Shown piece by piece: positions 1 through 11,469 of a DNA stretch of 64,000 nucleotides; positions within the stretch are counted from its first letter, which is position 1, and each line of letters starts with the position of its first letter. The notes under the pieces are model-generated. The model did no database searches, was not told the DNA's origin, and saw only the letters and a program-made list of their open reading frames with translations. This stretch comes from Candidatus Aenigmatarchaeota archaeon (GTDB lineage Archaea > Aenigmatarchaeota > Aenigmatarchaeia > CG10238-14 > SpSt-28), in NCBI GenBank assembly GCA_038742305.1, contig JAVYKI010000002.1, positions 1,013 to 65,012 of the forward strand, read 5' to 3'. The position numbers and the translations under genes were made by a program.

Positions 1-3000
1 GCCTTTTCTATTAATTTTTCAATTTCTTCTTTAGATACTTCTTCAACATATTTTGGCATTTTAATTTTTCTTTTTTCAAATTCTTTTCTTATTCTTGGTT
101 CTATTCCTTCTAAATAAATATCTACTATATCAAAAGCACCTTGCATTAGTTTGCTTTCTGCAAGCTTAAGCTCTGTTTCTATATCAAACACATCAACTTC
201 ATGCTTTTTCAAAACTTCTAAGTAGAACTTTAATTCTTCAATTTTTCTATCTCTTTTATCATATTCTTCTAGTTCTTTATCACTTAACCTTGTTACTTGA
301 TGCAAAATTGGCCTAAAGCTTACAAAGTATGGCCTTCCTCTATTGTATTCTGCATTTACTATCATTCCAGTACCAACATTAGCTTTTACAATAGAACTTA
401 CAAATTCTTCCCCATACTTCATTTTTATTCTTTCCAAATCTCCTTCATACCTTGTTCTCATTTGAATTTCAGTACCAATATTTGCTCTAATTTCCCCAAC
501 AAAATCACTCAAAACTTGGCTAATCAATATTAAGCCAATTCCCCACTTTCTAAATTCTCTTACTCCTCTTTCTAAAGCAATAAATCCTTTACCGCTTCCT
601 CCAAATTTTGGCAATAATCTATGGACTTCATCATAAACTATTAAAGCTCTCAATTCTTTGCTTTCTTCTAGTTGGGAATTAAATATTTCTTGAATTGTAT
701 TTGCAACGAAAATGTCAATTTCTTCTGGTTTTAGTTTATTAATTACAAAAATATAAATATTGCCTTTTGGATTTTCAATTATTTCTTTTAAGTTTATTTT
801 TTGATAGGGGCTTCTTATTATTTTTATTTTGCCACTAAATCCTCTTGCTTGTTTTTTACTCATTCCAAACTTTGTATATTCTTTTAGCATATAATTTTCT
901 TTACACTTTCTTAAAAATCCAGTCCATTGAGCTGTTGGGTCAAAAACAATAACATTTTTGCCTTTTAATAGCGCTTCTTCTGCAATTACCATAGCAGCAA
1001 TAGTTTTTCCGCTTCCTGTAGCTCCAGCAATCATTGTATGCATTTTTAAATCATCTAAATAAATAAAAGCTCTTCTAGCAGTTTCTGCAATATTTCCAAT
1101 AAATGCTGAATTTTCAGTAGCTTGAGGCAAAGTTGAAAAATCTATTGGAGTAGCAAACCTTTTCTGTTTTTCTTTTATTTTCAAATATCTTCTATAAAAT
1201 ATTATTGAAATTGCAGAGCTAGAAGCTATTAATATTGCAAATAACAATAATGTTTTTAGCTCTACTCCTAAAACTTTTCTTTCTAATAGCGGAATTTCTA
1301 CTGTTACAAAAGCACTAGCTACAGCTTCTTGCTTAATGTCTTCAGTTAAATAAGTCGCTACTGCCTTTACTAAATATCTTTTTTCTGGAATGTTTTCTGG
1401 AACTTTTAGTGAAACAATTTTTGATAGAGAAGTTTCTACTGCTAAACTTTCTTCTACTTTGCTTATTTCTATCATCGCATCACTATCTATTAAAGCTACA
1501 GTTAAATTAACATCAACTCTTTTAGTTTTACCTAAATTGTAAAGTATTACTTCAGCTCTTAAATAATCTCCAGGCTTAACTTTATCTTGAAGCAAAGATA
1601 TTTTTAGATCTAAAAGCTTTAATTCGGAAGGTAAAACTTTTATAGTTATTGGAATGTTAAAGCTTTCGTTTTCTACTATTATTTTTGCATATCCTCTATA
1701 TGTTCTAACTTCTGCATCTTTTGGAATTTCTATGAAAAGTTCAAAATAGTTTGCAGATTTTTTATTTAGCAATATTCTTTTATTATAAACTTTTATAAAT
1801 TGAGAAGCTTCTCCATATAGCATTATTTCTGCATAAACATCTTTCTGCTTGTTGTTTGCAATATTTATTTTCTTAATATCTTTTTCTCCTTGCTTTAATT
1901 CAACATATATTTCTTCAGTTTTAATTTCAACTTTTTCTGTTAATTCTTTTAATGCTTCTTGTATTTTAGAATAATCTATGCTAGGTCTTTCATAATAACT
2001 TGGTGCTGGAGCTGGTGGAACAGAAGTTACTGGACAAGCACCACAATCAATAGAACAGCTTCTACAATCTTCATACAAACTATCACAAATATTATCTCCA
2101 CAAACTACTGCTTCAGCCAACAAAAATGCTGAAGAGGAATTTAATTCTATGTAAGCTTTACTTCTTATTAAATCTATTGTTGGAATTAATTCTATCCAAT
2201 TGCTTTCACAACTTCTATTTTCCAAATTCCAATTACTACACTTGTAAATTCTTAAATTACTAACTTTTATTATTGAGCTAGAATATTCTGAAATATCAAG
2301 TTCAAGCCTTAATTTATCGTAAGTAAAGTTTGGTTCTATTGCAAAAGCAAAAAACCTATTTCTTATATTTGAAACGTTTGGAATTAGAACGTTGAATACA
2401 TCTACTTTAACAAAATTAATAGTAGTAGAATTAATGCTAGCATTGTAATAAATAGCATCATGGTTTTCAATTTTTACTTTTACATCATATTTTCCTGCAA
2501 AAATAGAAGCATTAATTGTTGCGTTTTCATCAGGAACTAATAAATATTCTTTTTCTTTGCTTATTGGATTTAGTAATTCTAAGCTCAACTTTATTAATTT
2601 TTCATCTACAGTTTTTGAAAATGAAATAATACTAACTTTTTCTCCAGCTCTTAATAACTTTTCTTCTATTTTTGAATTGTTGCTCCTATCTCTTGCAAAA
2701 ACTTTTATTGTATAGTCTCCTTTTTCTTCTGGAAATATAATTGATTTGTAAACATTATTTTCTAAATAATAGTTTAGATTAGTTTCTGTTCCGTTTGGAT
2801 AAATTATAAATAGATAAACTTCTTGTATTTCATCATTATCTTCAACTAAAAACTCAACAGTATTATTTTTATTTATTTCTAGTTCTTTTGTTAAAATTGT
2901 TATGTTTGGGCTAATATTATCTATTACTTTTATAATTTGAGGAATTACTTGATAAGAAGTAAAGTTTAAGTAAGAAGCTTCTACAATTAAATCGTTGTAA

Positions 3001-6000
3001 AGCTTTGTAATAGGAACTAAGCAAGAAATGTTGAAAGAATTTGTAATGTTTGTTATTAAGCATTCTTTATTGCTCAACAAAACTCTAAAGCTTATGTTTT
3101 CAGTTATTTCATTATTTTCAAAATAAGCTTTTAAGCTAATGTTTAAAATTTGGTTTGGATAAACTTCTATTAAGTTTATTGGCTCTAAAACTATTAATGT
3201 AAAGTTAACTATAGTAATGTTGAAAATTATAGTTTTTGAAATGTTTAAAGTTTGATTAAATAAAGTAATGTTTTCTAAATAATTTCCTTCTTTAGTTAAA
3301 TTGTAATAAACTGGAATGCTTATTTCTTGAAGCTTTTGCAAAAATACTTCGTTTTCTACTTTTAAGTTTTCTGAAGAATTAATTTTTAATAGTAAATCGT
3401 TGTTTGCAATACTTTTAATAGTTAAATTAGTTAAAAATCCATAACCTTTACCTTTTTGCAATTCAAAATATTCATTTACTAAAAAGCTATAATTGTTTAA
3501 AACATTCACTCTTAAATAAACATACTTTTCAATTCCTTCTGAACTGCTTAACCTTAAAGTTCCCGCATAGCTGTTTGCACTATATCCAAAAGGTATTGTT
3601 ACATTTATTTCTATTTCCTTGCTTTCTCCAGGCATTAAAGTTCCTATAAACGGATTAAATTCTGGGTTAAATTCATAGCATATGGTTCCTAAAATGCATT
3701 CAGCTCTTATATTGCTTACTGGGTCTGTACCAGTAGATTCTATTAAGAATCTAATAGTATATTTTTGGCCGTGATGAGCATCTATCGGCAATGGGTCGTA
3801 TACTTCTAATCTTGCTTCTTTTTTAATTCCTTCAGCAATTACATATGCACCGCTTTGCAAAGTAGTATTTGCTTCTACAAACTTGTAAAGCTTGTTAACT
3901 TTGCTTGGCAACTGTATCCAGTTGTAACAAGTTTTTTCGTAAAAACTATAATCAGAACAATAAATTATTTTTAAATTATCTTCTATTGCACCAACTAATT
4001 GAGCTTCTTCTGGCTTATAATAAATTCTTATAGTTGAGTTAAAGCTTAATGGTAATAAGATTCCAAATCCTCCTAATGGCTTGTAAAGGTTAACTTCCGT
4101 AGAATAAATTTTATCGTATTTAATGAAATCGTTTGGTAAATCTAAAGTGCTTAAGTTATATATTTTTATTTTTGCTTTATCACTTTCTATTAATAAATCA
4201 TAAATTCTTTGATGCAGGCTTAAGTTTTTATATCCGTAAATATTTTCAAACTGCAAAATTTGATTAGTACCATTTCTGTAAAAAGTAAAGTTTAAGTTAA
4301 TTGGCTCATGTAATGCATTAGTAATGTTTACCCAAACATACTTCAAAATAAATACTTCAAAGTAATCTTCTAAAATTAGTGTGTTATTTGTTGTATCGTT
4401 TATGTAAAATATTAAATCGTAATCGTTTGGTTCTAAACTTGTTAACGTAATTTCCCAAGTTAAATTGTTTTCTGTTGTTAATTCAAAATATTGGTTTAAT
4501 TGCTTTACATGCATTAAAACTTTGTCTATTGCAACGTTATCTGTTAAATTAAGCTTTATTGCTACATTGCTTGGATATTCTACGCTTGGAATTTCTTTTG
4601 AAATTAAAGTTGGTTTAGTTACGTCTTTATAGTATAAAGCATTTATTTCTGTTTTTTGAACTGAAACATCATAAGCAATATAATAAGCTGTTAGCGTTAA
4701 GTTGTGCCATCTCCCATCTTCTAATTTTGGCAAGCTACAATTAATTAACCAATAAGCATTTTCTACTCTTAAATTGTTTATTTTGCATTCTTTATTATCT
4801 ACAAAAACTGAAAAGTTCAAATCTTGAGTTATGTATTCATCAACTAATTTAAAGCTAGCATTTATTTCTATGCTTTCGTTTTCCAAAACATTTAAGTATG
4901 GATTAATTTTATTAATTGTTAGCTCTGCAGGATAAACTTCAATTTTAATTGGCAATTTTCTAGTTCCTAAAATATTTTCATAAATAGTTAAGTTACCTTC
5001 GTAAAAGCTTAAATAATTTGGTGCAGTAATATTTGCAAAAACTTGGAATGTTTCTGCTGGATTTAGTTGTTTATAAGTTTCTGTTAAGCTTAATATATCT
5101 GTAACATTTCCTTCTAATGATAAACTACTAAATGTTAATATTTTATTTCCAACATTAGTAATGTTTAGAATGTTTTTAGTATAGTTTTTGCCTGCAATTA
5201 ATTTAATTGTAATGTTTTCTTTATCTGTAACATATCTATAATCTGCTGGAACTATAACTTGTAGTTCAAAGCTTGTTGAATTATCTATGCTTGTAATGTT
5301 TATTATTGGATAATAGTATCCATCTGAAAATCCTAGAGGCAAGCTAATAGTTAAAGTAATATTTCTAATTTCTCCTGCTGGAAAACTAGAAATAAAGCTC
5401 GGACTAAAGCTAACATATTGACATAACGTTGATTCTCTTATGCATTCAAAGCTTATGTTTCTTACTTCTGCATTTCCTTTTGAATAAATTGTAAAATTAA
5501 CTGAATAGCTTGAATTATGGCTTACTACAATGCTTGTTGGATAGTAAGTCAAGTTTATAATTCTTGTTGGCAAAACATTAACTTCTATTGTTGATGCTGA
5601 ATATGCTGTGCTTGAGCTTCCATCTGCATTATTCCAATTTACATATGGCCTAAACGAATATGTGTTTGGTAAAGTTTTTTCTGGAATTGTTACGTTTAAT
5701 AAACAGTAAACTGTTGTATTAGGATTAATAGAAGAAATGTTGCAAGATGTTATTATCCAGCTTGTTCCTCCTGGAGGTAAGGAAGTTAAAGAAACATTGT
5801 ATGCAGTAACAGTATCGTTTAAATTAGATATAGAAAAGTTTATTGAAATAGTTTTCGAATCTTCTTGAGTTATTCCGCTAACTTCGAAATAGTTATTAAT
5901 TGGAGATAAGCTCAATTGAGCTTTTGCAAAAGCTGTAAAATTAAAAGTTAAAGTTCTGCATTTATTACCAGTATCGCAAGCTGTTAAATTAGCTAAATAT

Positions 6001-9000
6001 AAACCTTCTATTGGAGGATAATAATTACAAGTTATTGTTCCATAGGTTAATGAATTTCCTTGAGCGCAAATTAAGGAATCTAAAGTTGAATTCGGTAAAG
6101 TAACGTTTAAATAAACTATTGCTAATTGATTTTGATCGTCATAGAAATAAGCACTAAATGCTTGCAACTTATTAATTTCAATTTTTTCGCTATATGCTAA
6201 ATTGTTGATATACGGAGCTACATCAACTATATGCCAATAAACTAAAGTATAGTTTAAAGTTGGATTTGCAGAATTGTTGCTAATAGTTATGTTTAAACCT
6301 AAATCTACTGAAACATAATAACCATTTTGCCAAAGCTTTATCTGATTGCTAGATTGCTTATCAACAAACAAATATGTTGGGTTATACAATTCACCATTTA
6401 CAACTTTATTTGTTTCAAAAATTCCATTTTCTATTGGATTAGTTGCTGATAATGAAGTATAACTTATGCTAAAGTTTAGAGGAACATTTCCAATGTTTTT
6501 AATAGTTATATTTCCAAGCAGTCCAGCTTCATTTAATCCATAAGTTTCTTCTATTCGGTCAACTTTTGTCCCATTCCTTGAAAAAACTTCCATTATCCAT
6601 CTTGAATCTATTGGAACAGTAACATTTATTTCTATTTCTTTTCTCCTTTCATCTGGATAACCTAAATTGCTAGTTACATTTATTATTCCTCTGTATAATC
6701 CAGGATCTTGGCCTAACGGAATGTTTATTGTTAAAGTAAAACTTTGATAACTTCCATCATCTATGCTTTGCCAATAGTTTGGACTAATTGTTATCCATTC
6801 TTTCGGCAAGTTAATTTCTGTATAATTAACCCAAACATCTTGTAAAGGAGCATTTCCAGTATTGTTTATTGTTATAATTATTGAAAAGCTTTGATTGTGC
6901 TGAATAGTTTGAGTAATGTTATACGTGCTTAGTTCTATTTGAGGATTGCCAACAACTGTAACATATTGTTTATTAGAAAAAATTATTGAAGATTTTTGCT
7001 GCTTGTTATTTATCCAGCTAGCATTGTAAACTTGAGTGTAAGTTCTTGGTTGAGTGCCTGCGGGAATTGTTATGTTGAAAGTTATATTTATTTCACTTTC
7101 TGGCAAAATTTCTGGAATCGGAGTTGCATTAATTATTGAAAATGGACCTGAATATTTAGTTATAGCTAAATTATGAATTGTTCCTTTTCCAGTATTTTTA
7201 ACTGTTATGTTGAATTGCTCAATTTTATCTTCTGTTAAGCTAACATTAAAAACTGTTAAATTGTAAGCAATTATTTGAGCTGAAGTTCTTAAATCTTCTA
7301 AATAATAATTAAAGCTAAAGTTTGCTAATTCGTAAAATGCACTAGAATTAAATGCCGAAACATAAATTGTTTTATTTCCAGCTAATAATTCGCAATTAGT
7401 TCCTATTGTAAAGTTTTGCTCGCAATTATAGCCATAACAAGTTTTTGTAAGACCATCTATTGTAATATTTATTTGGCCTATAATTAATTCATTAGTATCT
7501 ATTCTAGTATAATTACCAACTTTTATAGTTGTAATAGCGCAGCTTGGATTGCTTACAAAATCTTGAATAACTTTATATTCTTTTGTTAAATTAGTTGGTG
7601 CCCAAATTTTTATGTTGCTTGAATTTTCTCCATAAATTCCTTGATAATTTGTTATATTAACTTTTACGTAATGAATTCCTAAGGATGGAGAATTAAACTT
7701 AATTAAATAATTTCCCTGTTCATCTGTATTATTTGAAATTAAAAGGTTATTATCGAAATAAAGCTCTGTTAAGTTATTTATTAAGGGTAAATTATCTGGC
7801 AATAAAATTGCTTTTCCATAGAAAGAAGTTGAATTGTAGATTTTGTTGGAAGGATTTAATTCTATAAATATTTTCTTAACTTCAAAATAATAACTTAAGT
7901 TAATATTATTAGCAATTATTCCATTATTTGAAATTCCGCTAATGCTTACATTTAAATTATGGCTTCCCAAGTTTAAAGGAGCATTAAAAGTTTCTGAAGT
8001 TCTCCATTTGTTTAAAGTAGAATCAAAAACTAATGTGTAATTATTTCCATTTATAGTTAAATTGAAATTTCCTTGATTAACATCAAAATAGCTTGAACCA
8101 TTAAATTCCCTTATTCTTAAAGTTAAATAATAAGTTTCATTTGGATTAAGAATGTTATCTTGTTGATTATGAGAATCTAATAAAGTTAATTGGTCAAAGG
8201 TTAAATTTCTTACTTCTATTAAAATTGAATTTTCTCCATAAATTCCTTGATAATTTGTTATGTTAACTTTTATTTTATGAATTCCTAAAATACTGGATGC
8301 ATTTATTTGGCAAGAATATTCTCCATAATTATTTGTTGCACAACTTCCATTAAACACATTATCTTGATAAACAGAAACATTTTCATTACTAACATTTAAA
8401 TTATCTGGCAATAAAATTGCTTTTCCATAAACATTTATTGCATCGTTTGGATTAGCAATTGTAGAATTTAAATTTATTGTTATATTAATGGATTTAACAA
8501 AAAATGTTATATTTTTTTCTAGCGATTCGTTAGAAACAGAATAGATTATAACTGTAAAGTTATATTCACCAATAGAAGGCACAGAAGTATTGAAGTAAAA
8601 ATATTCTCTTTTGTCTATAGAAACCAAAGGAGTTAAACTAGAGTTTTCCCAAGTTAAAGCATTACCGTTAACTCTGAAAGTTGCGTTTGCTGTTGTTTTA
8701 TTACTTCCTGAAATAAAATTAAAATCACTTGGCAAAATTATATCAAATCTCAAAATATTTTCTAAAATTGATTGTACTGAAAATGTGAAAAGTTGATTTT
8801 CCTTGTTTGCTTGAAGAATTTTAACTTGTGTTGGGGGATTAGATTCTACACTAACAACTCCTATATAAGCTTTTAAAGGTAAGTAATCAGTATTATTGCT
8901 ACAGCTTGTACAACTACTTTTACTAATTAAATCATATGGGATATCACAAATTCCATTATTGTCATTATCTTGACATGTTTTAGAATAATTCTCAAAAGTT

Positions 9001-11072
9001 CCTAAATAAACATTACCGCCAATATAATTACCTTTAATAATATTTTCTGTTTGAGTTAAAGTAGTATTCCAAAAGTTTTGATAAATTGGAGGAATAAAGT
9101 TAGCTATATATTTCGTTTTAAAGAAATTATTGTAAATTAAATTATTTGAAGATGAAGATAAACTAATTGAAAAGCTCATAAGCTTAAAGATATTTGAAAA
9201 AATGTTTGTTGAATTAGATGATATCAAATATATTCCAGTAGAAATTCCTCCTGAACCTCCCGAACCTAAAAAACCACCACTTCCTCCAGCTCCACCAGTT
9301 AAATTACTTATTGTATTCGAATAAATTGTGTTATTTTGAGAATTTTGAAGGTATATTCCAGCAGAAATTCCTCCTGAACCTCCAGAACCTTGATAACCAC
9401 CAGTTCCTCCACTCATTCCTTTAAGTCCGGAAATTGTTAAATTATAAATTATTGAATTAGTAACATTTATTAAAGCTATTCCAGCAGAAATTCCTCCTGA
9501 ACCTCCTGAACCTTGATAACCACCGATTTGAATACTTCCTCCAATTAATATTGGAGGATTAGTTGAATTTATAGTAAAGTTAGCTATTATTATATTAGAT
9601 TTATTGAAAAAGTATAAAATTGGATTATTATCAAAATAGTTTAATTTTGAAGTATCTACAATGTTGTTGTTTAATAAGGTTATTTCATTATTGTAAGAAT
9701 TGGAATCTGAAATCTATATTCCAGCAGAAATTCCTCCTGAACCTCCCGAACCAAAATCACCACCACTTCCTCCAGCTCCACCAGTTAAATTACTTATTGT
9801 ATTCGAATAAATTGTGTTATTTTGAGAATTTTGAAGGTATATTCCAGCAGAAATTCCTCCTGAACCTCCAGAACCTTGATAACCACCACTTCCTCCAGCT
9901 CCACCAGTTAAATTACTTATTGTATTATTTCTTAACAAGTTATAACTACTTTTTACAAGAATTCCAATAGCATTACCTCCATTAAAAGATCCAAAAATAT
10001 AATTTATAATGTTGTTTTCTATAATTGAAAAATTAGCTTGAGAATCTAAAAAAATACCAGTTTGCCATTTTCTAATTATACAATTTTTAATAGTAACATT
10101 TTCAGAATTAACATATATTCCATACAAATTTTTTGAAGAGATATCATTAAGAGCAAAATTACCTTCTATTATTTTTCCATTACAATCCAAAGTTACATTT
10201 TCAGAAGTTATATTAATTCCTGTAGTTAAATTCAAATTTAAAATATCTTTGCTTAAAGTGTAATAACCGGGTTTATTTATTAATAAAACATAAATTAAGC
10301 TTGAGTTCAATCCACTTATTCCATTAGAATCTGTTGTATTAATTGTTATATTATAAATTCCTAAATCTGAAGGAACAGAAAAAGTATAACTATAATTTCC
10401 ATTAGAATCAGTAGTTACATTACTTAAAAAGTTATCATCTAAGTAAATGCTTATATTTATGTTTGGAACTGTTAAATTATCTGGCAATAAAATTGCTTTT
10501 CCGTAAACATTTATTGCATCTCCTGGATTAACAATTGTAGAATTTAAATTAATTGTTACAAAAATTTTTCGAACAATAACAGTAACATTTAATTCTTCAA
10601 TGCTTCCATTTTCATACAAAGCTTTTAAAGTAAAGTTATAATATCCAACATCTGGAACAGAAGAATTAAACCAAAAATTTTTTGTTTCATTAGCTAAAAT
10701 TAGCCCAGAAAAATTTTGCCAAACTAAAGTATTTCCATAAACAAAAAAATCAGAAAAAGCATTTGTTCCGTTGCTATTAGAAATAAAACTAAAGCCTGAA
10801 GGTAAAGTAATATTAAGCTGAGTAATATTTAAAGAAAGAGTATTGTTAACAGTAAAGTTAAAAAGCTGATTAGGTAAATTTGCTTGAACTGCTTGAGGAT
10901 ATGTAATAGAAAAAGGAGGGGTATGAACTTTAACTTCTAAGCTGAAAACGTTTATAAAAAAAGCTAAAGTTAATATTAATGTAAACCATAATTTTTTACT
11001 ATTCATATCTTTCATTAATGTTTCGAAGAATAAAAGCAAAGCTTTTAAATAAGCAAAAAATTTAAAAAGCAA
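1..11072 (-). CDS. Giant secreted/surface protein, partial (runs off the left edge). It has an N-terminal signal peptide, a beta-helix region with Gly-rich GGAGGSGG..GSGGSGGISAGI repeats, many Asn/Thr-rich Ig-like modules, a TM helix and a C-terminal cytoplasmic HerA/FtsK-like P-loop ATPase domain. An in-frame TAG sits at 9714-9716.
   Basis: The ORF track gives 9714..11072 (452 aa, MLFKFF...LILTLAFFINVFS signal peptide). I translated the minus strand by hand below the TAG and it continues in the same frame (codon starts at positions congruent to 2 mod 3), with the same Gly-rich repeat motifs. No other M-initiated ORF is listed anywhere in 534..8610 on either strand, consistent with a single open frame to position 1. 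Near the 3' end: the hydrophobic segment LLLFAILIASSSAISIIF, then Walker A HTMIAGATGSGKT (~1000-1040), Walker B LIVYDEVHRL, and a tail ...EKRKIKMPKYVEEVSKEEIEKLIEKA leaving the window. NxT/S sequons are abundant. Confidence 0.6.
7560..7700 (-). repeat. A ~70-140 bp intragenic duplicate of 8190..8290 (ttttctccataaattccttgataatttgttat(a/g)ttaactttta...atgaattcctaa).
   Basis: By-eye alignment; both copies lie in the giant ORF frame. Confidence 0.5.
8395..8480 (-). repeat. Ig-like module repeat (YGKAILLPDN...). It is ~90% identical to 10472..10557, and a partial copy lies at ~7797-7830.
   Basis: Shared string ttatctggcaataaaattgcttttcc(a/g)taaacatttattgcatc...ttgtagaatttaaatt. Confidence 0.6.
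9229..9402 (-). repeat. Intragenic repeat copy 1 (~175 bp). It is near-identical to 9714..9887 and encodes Gly-rich beta-helix turns (GGAGGSGG..GSGGSGGISAGIY).
   Basis: I aligned the two copies by eye at an offset of 485 bp and found only a handful of mismatches. The 26-nt core ccagcagaaattcctcctgaacctcc recurs at ~9231, 9361, 9481, 9721 and 9841, a period of about 120-130 bp. Confidence 0.7.
9714..9887 (-). repeat. Intragenic repeat copy 2. Its first codon is the in-frame TAG, where copy 1 has TAT (Tyr).
   Basis: Direct comparison of 9229-9240 (aatatattccag) with 9711-9723 (atctatattccag). Confidence 0.7.
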
Positions 11073-11172
11073 AGAAAAAGTTGAGAAAAAAGGTTAAAAA
11101 ATCAAAAAATAAAAAAGATAAAAGAAAAAATTTCGAAAAAGTTGAAACTTCGAAAATCGAAATAAATAAATA
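11073..11172. promoter_or_regulatory. Divergent intergenic/promoter region between the giant gene and the wHTH-MinD pair. It is poly-A rich and carries a repeated ttcgaaaa / ttcgaaaatcgaaa motif.
   Basis: Sequence ...tttcgaaaaagttgaaacttcgaaaatcgaaataaataaatattgataatt... lies immediately upstream of both divergent starts. Confidence 0.4.
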
Positions 11173-11469
11173 TTGATAATTATTATTATGGATAACAGAG
11201 AAATATTAAAAGAAAGAATTAAATTTGTTCTCGATTTATTAAAAGAAGAAAGAAAAGAGCAAAAAATTATCGGTAGAAAAGAAAAGAACAAAGAAAAAAT
11301 TTTGGAGTTTTTGAAGCAAAATAAATTTGCTACTTTAGAAGATATTGCAAAACTTTTAAACATTTCAATTAATAGAGCTTCAGAATATTTGAACGAATTA
11401 TTCAAAGAGCAAAAAGTTACTTACATAAGAAAAAACAAGAAAAAATACTTTAAGTTGTTAAATGGTTAG
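11173..11469 (+). CDS. Small K/E-rich winged-helix (HTH) DNA-binding protein. The true start may be the MDNREIL at ~11188.
   Basis: The C-terminal ...FATLEDIAKLLNISINRASEYLNELFKEQKVTYIRKNKKKYFKLL looks like a wHTH. It overlaps the downstream ATPase gene by 8 nt. Confidence 0.5.
   Translation: MIIIIMDNREILKERIKFVLDLLKEERKEQKIIGRKEKNKEKILEFLKQNKFATLEDIAKLLNISINRASEYLNELFKEQKVTYIRKNKKKYFKLLNG

Noticed and set aside
297-533. 78-aa plus-strand ORF
   Set aside because: It is antisense to the ATPase domain of the giant minus-strand ORF and has low-complexity composition. It is likely a spurious overlapping frame.
9714-9716. TAG as a pyrrolysine/read-through codon
   Set aside because: TAG terminates the adjacent MinD-like gene at 12203-12205 in a normal context, and no pyl genes are seen in the window. 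It is kept as a nonsense-mutation or assembly question instead.
8611-9970. Plus-strand ORFs 8611..8796 and 9620..9970
   Set aside because: Both are antisense to the giant ORF. The second lies entirely in the Gly-codon repeat region (HHFLQLHQLNYLLY repeats are frame artefacts).
9200-9970. Regularly spaced ~26-nt repeats as a possible CRISPR array
   Set aside because: The repeats are in-frame protein-coding Gly-rich units with conserved 'spacers' (the same flanks in each copy). They are not variable spacers, and no cas genes are present.
11094-11405. 103-aa minus-strand ORF
   Set aside because: It is antisense to the wHTH gene and the poly-A promoter region, with a low-complexity F/L/I-rich translation.
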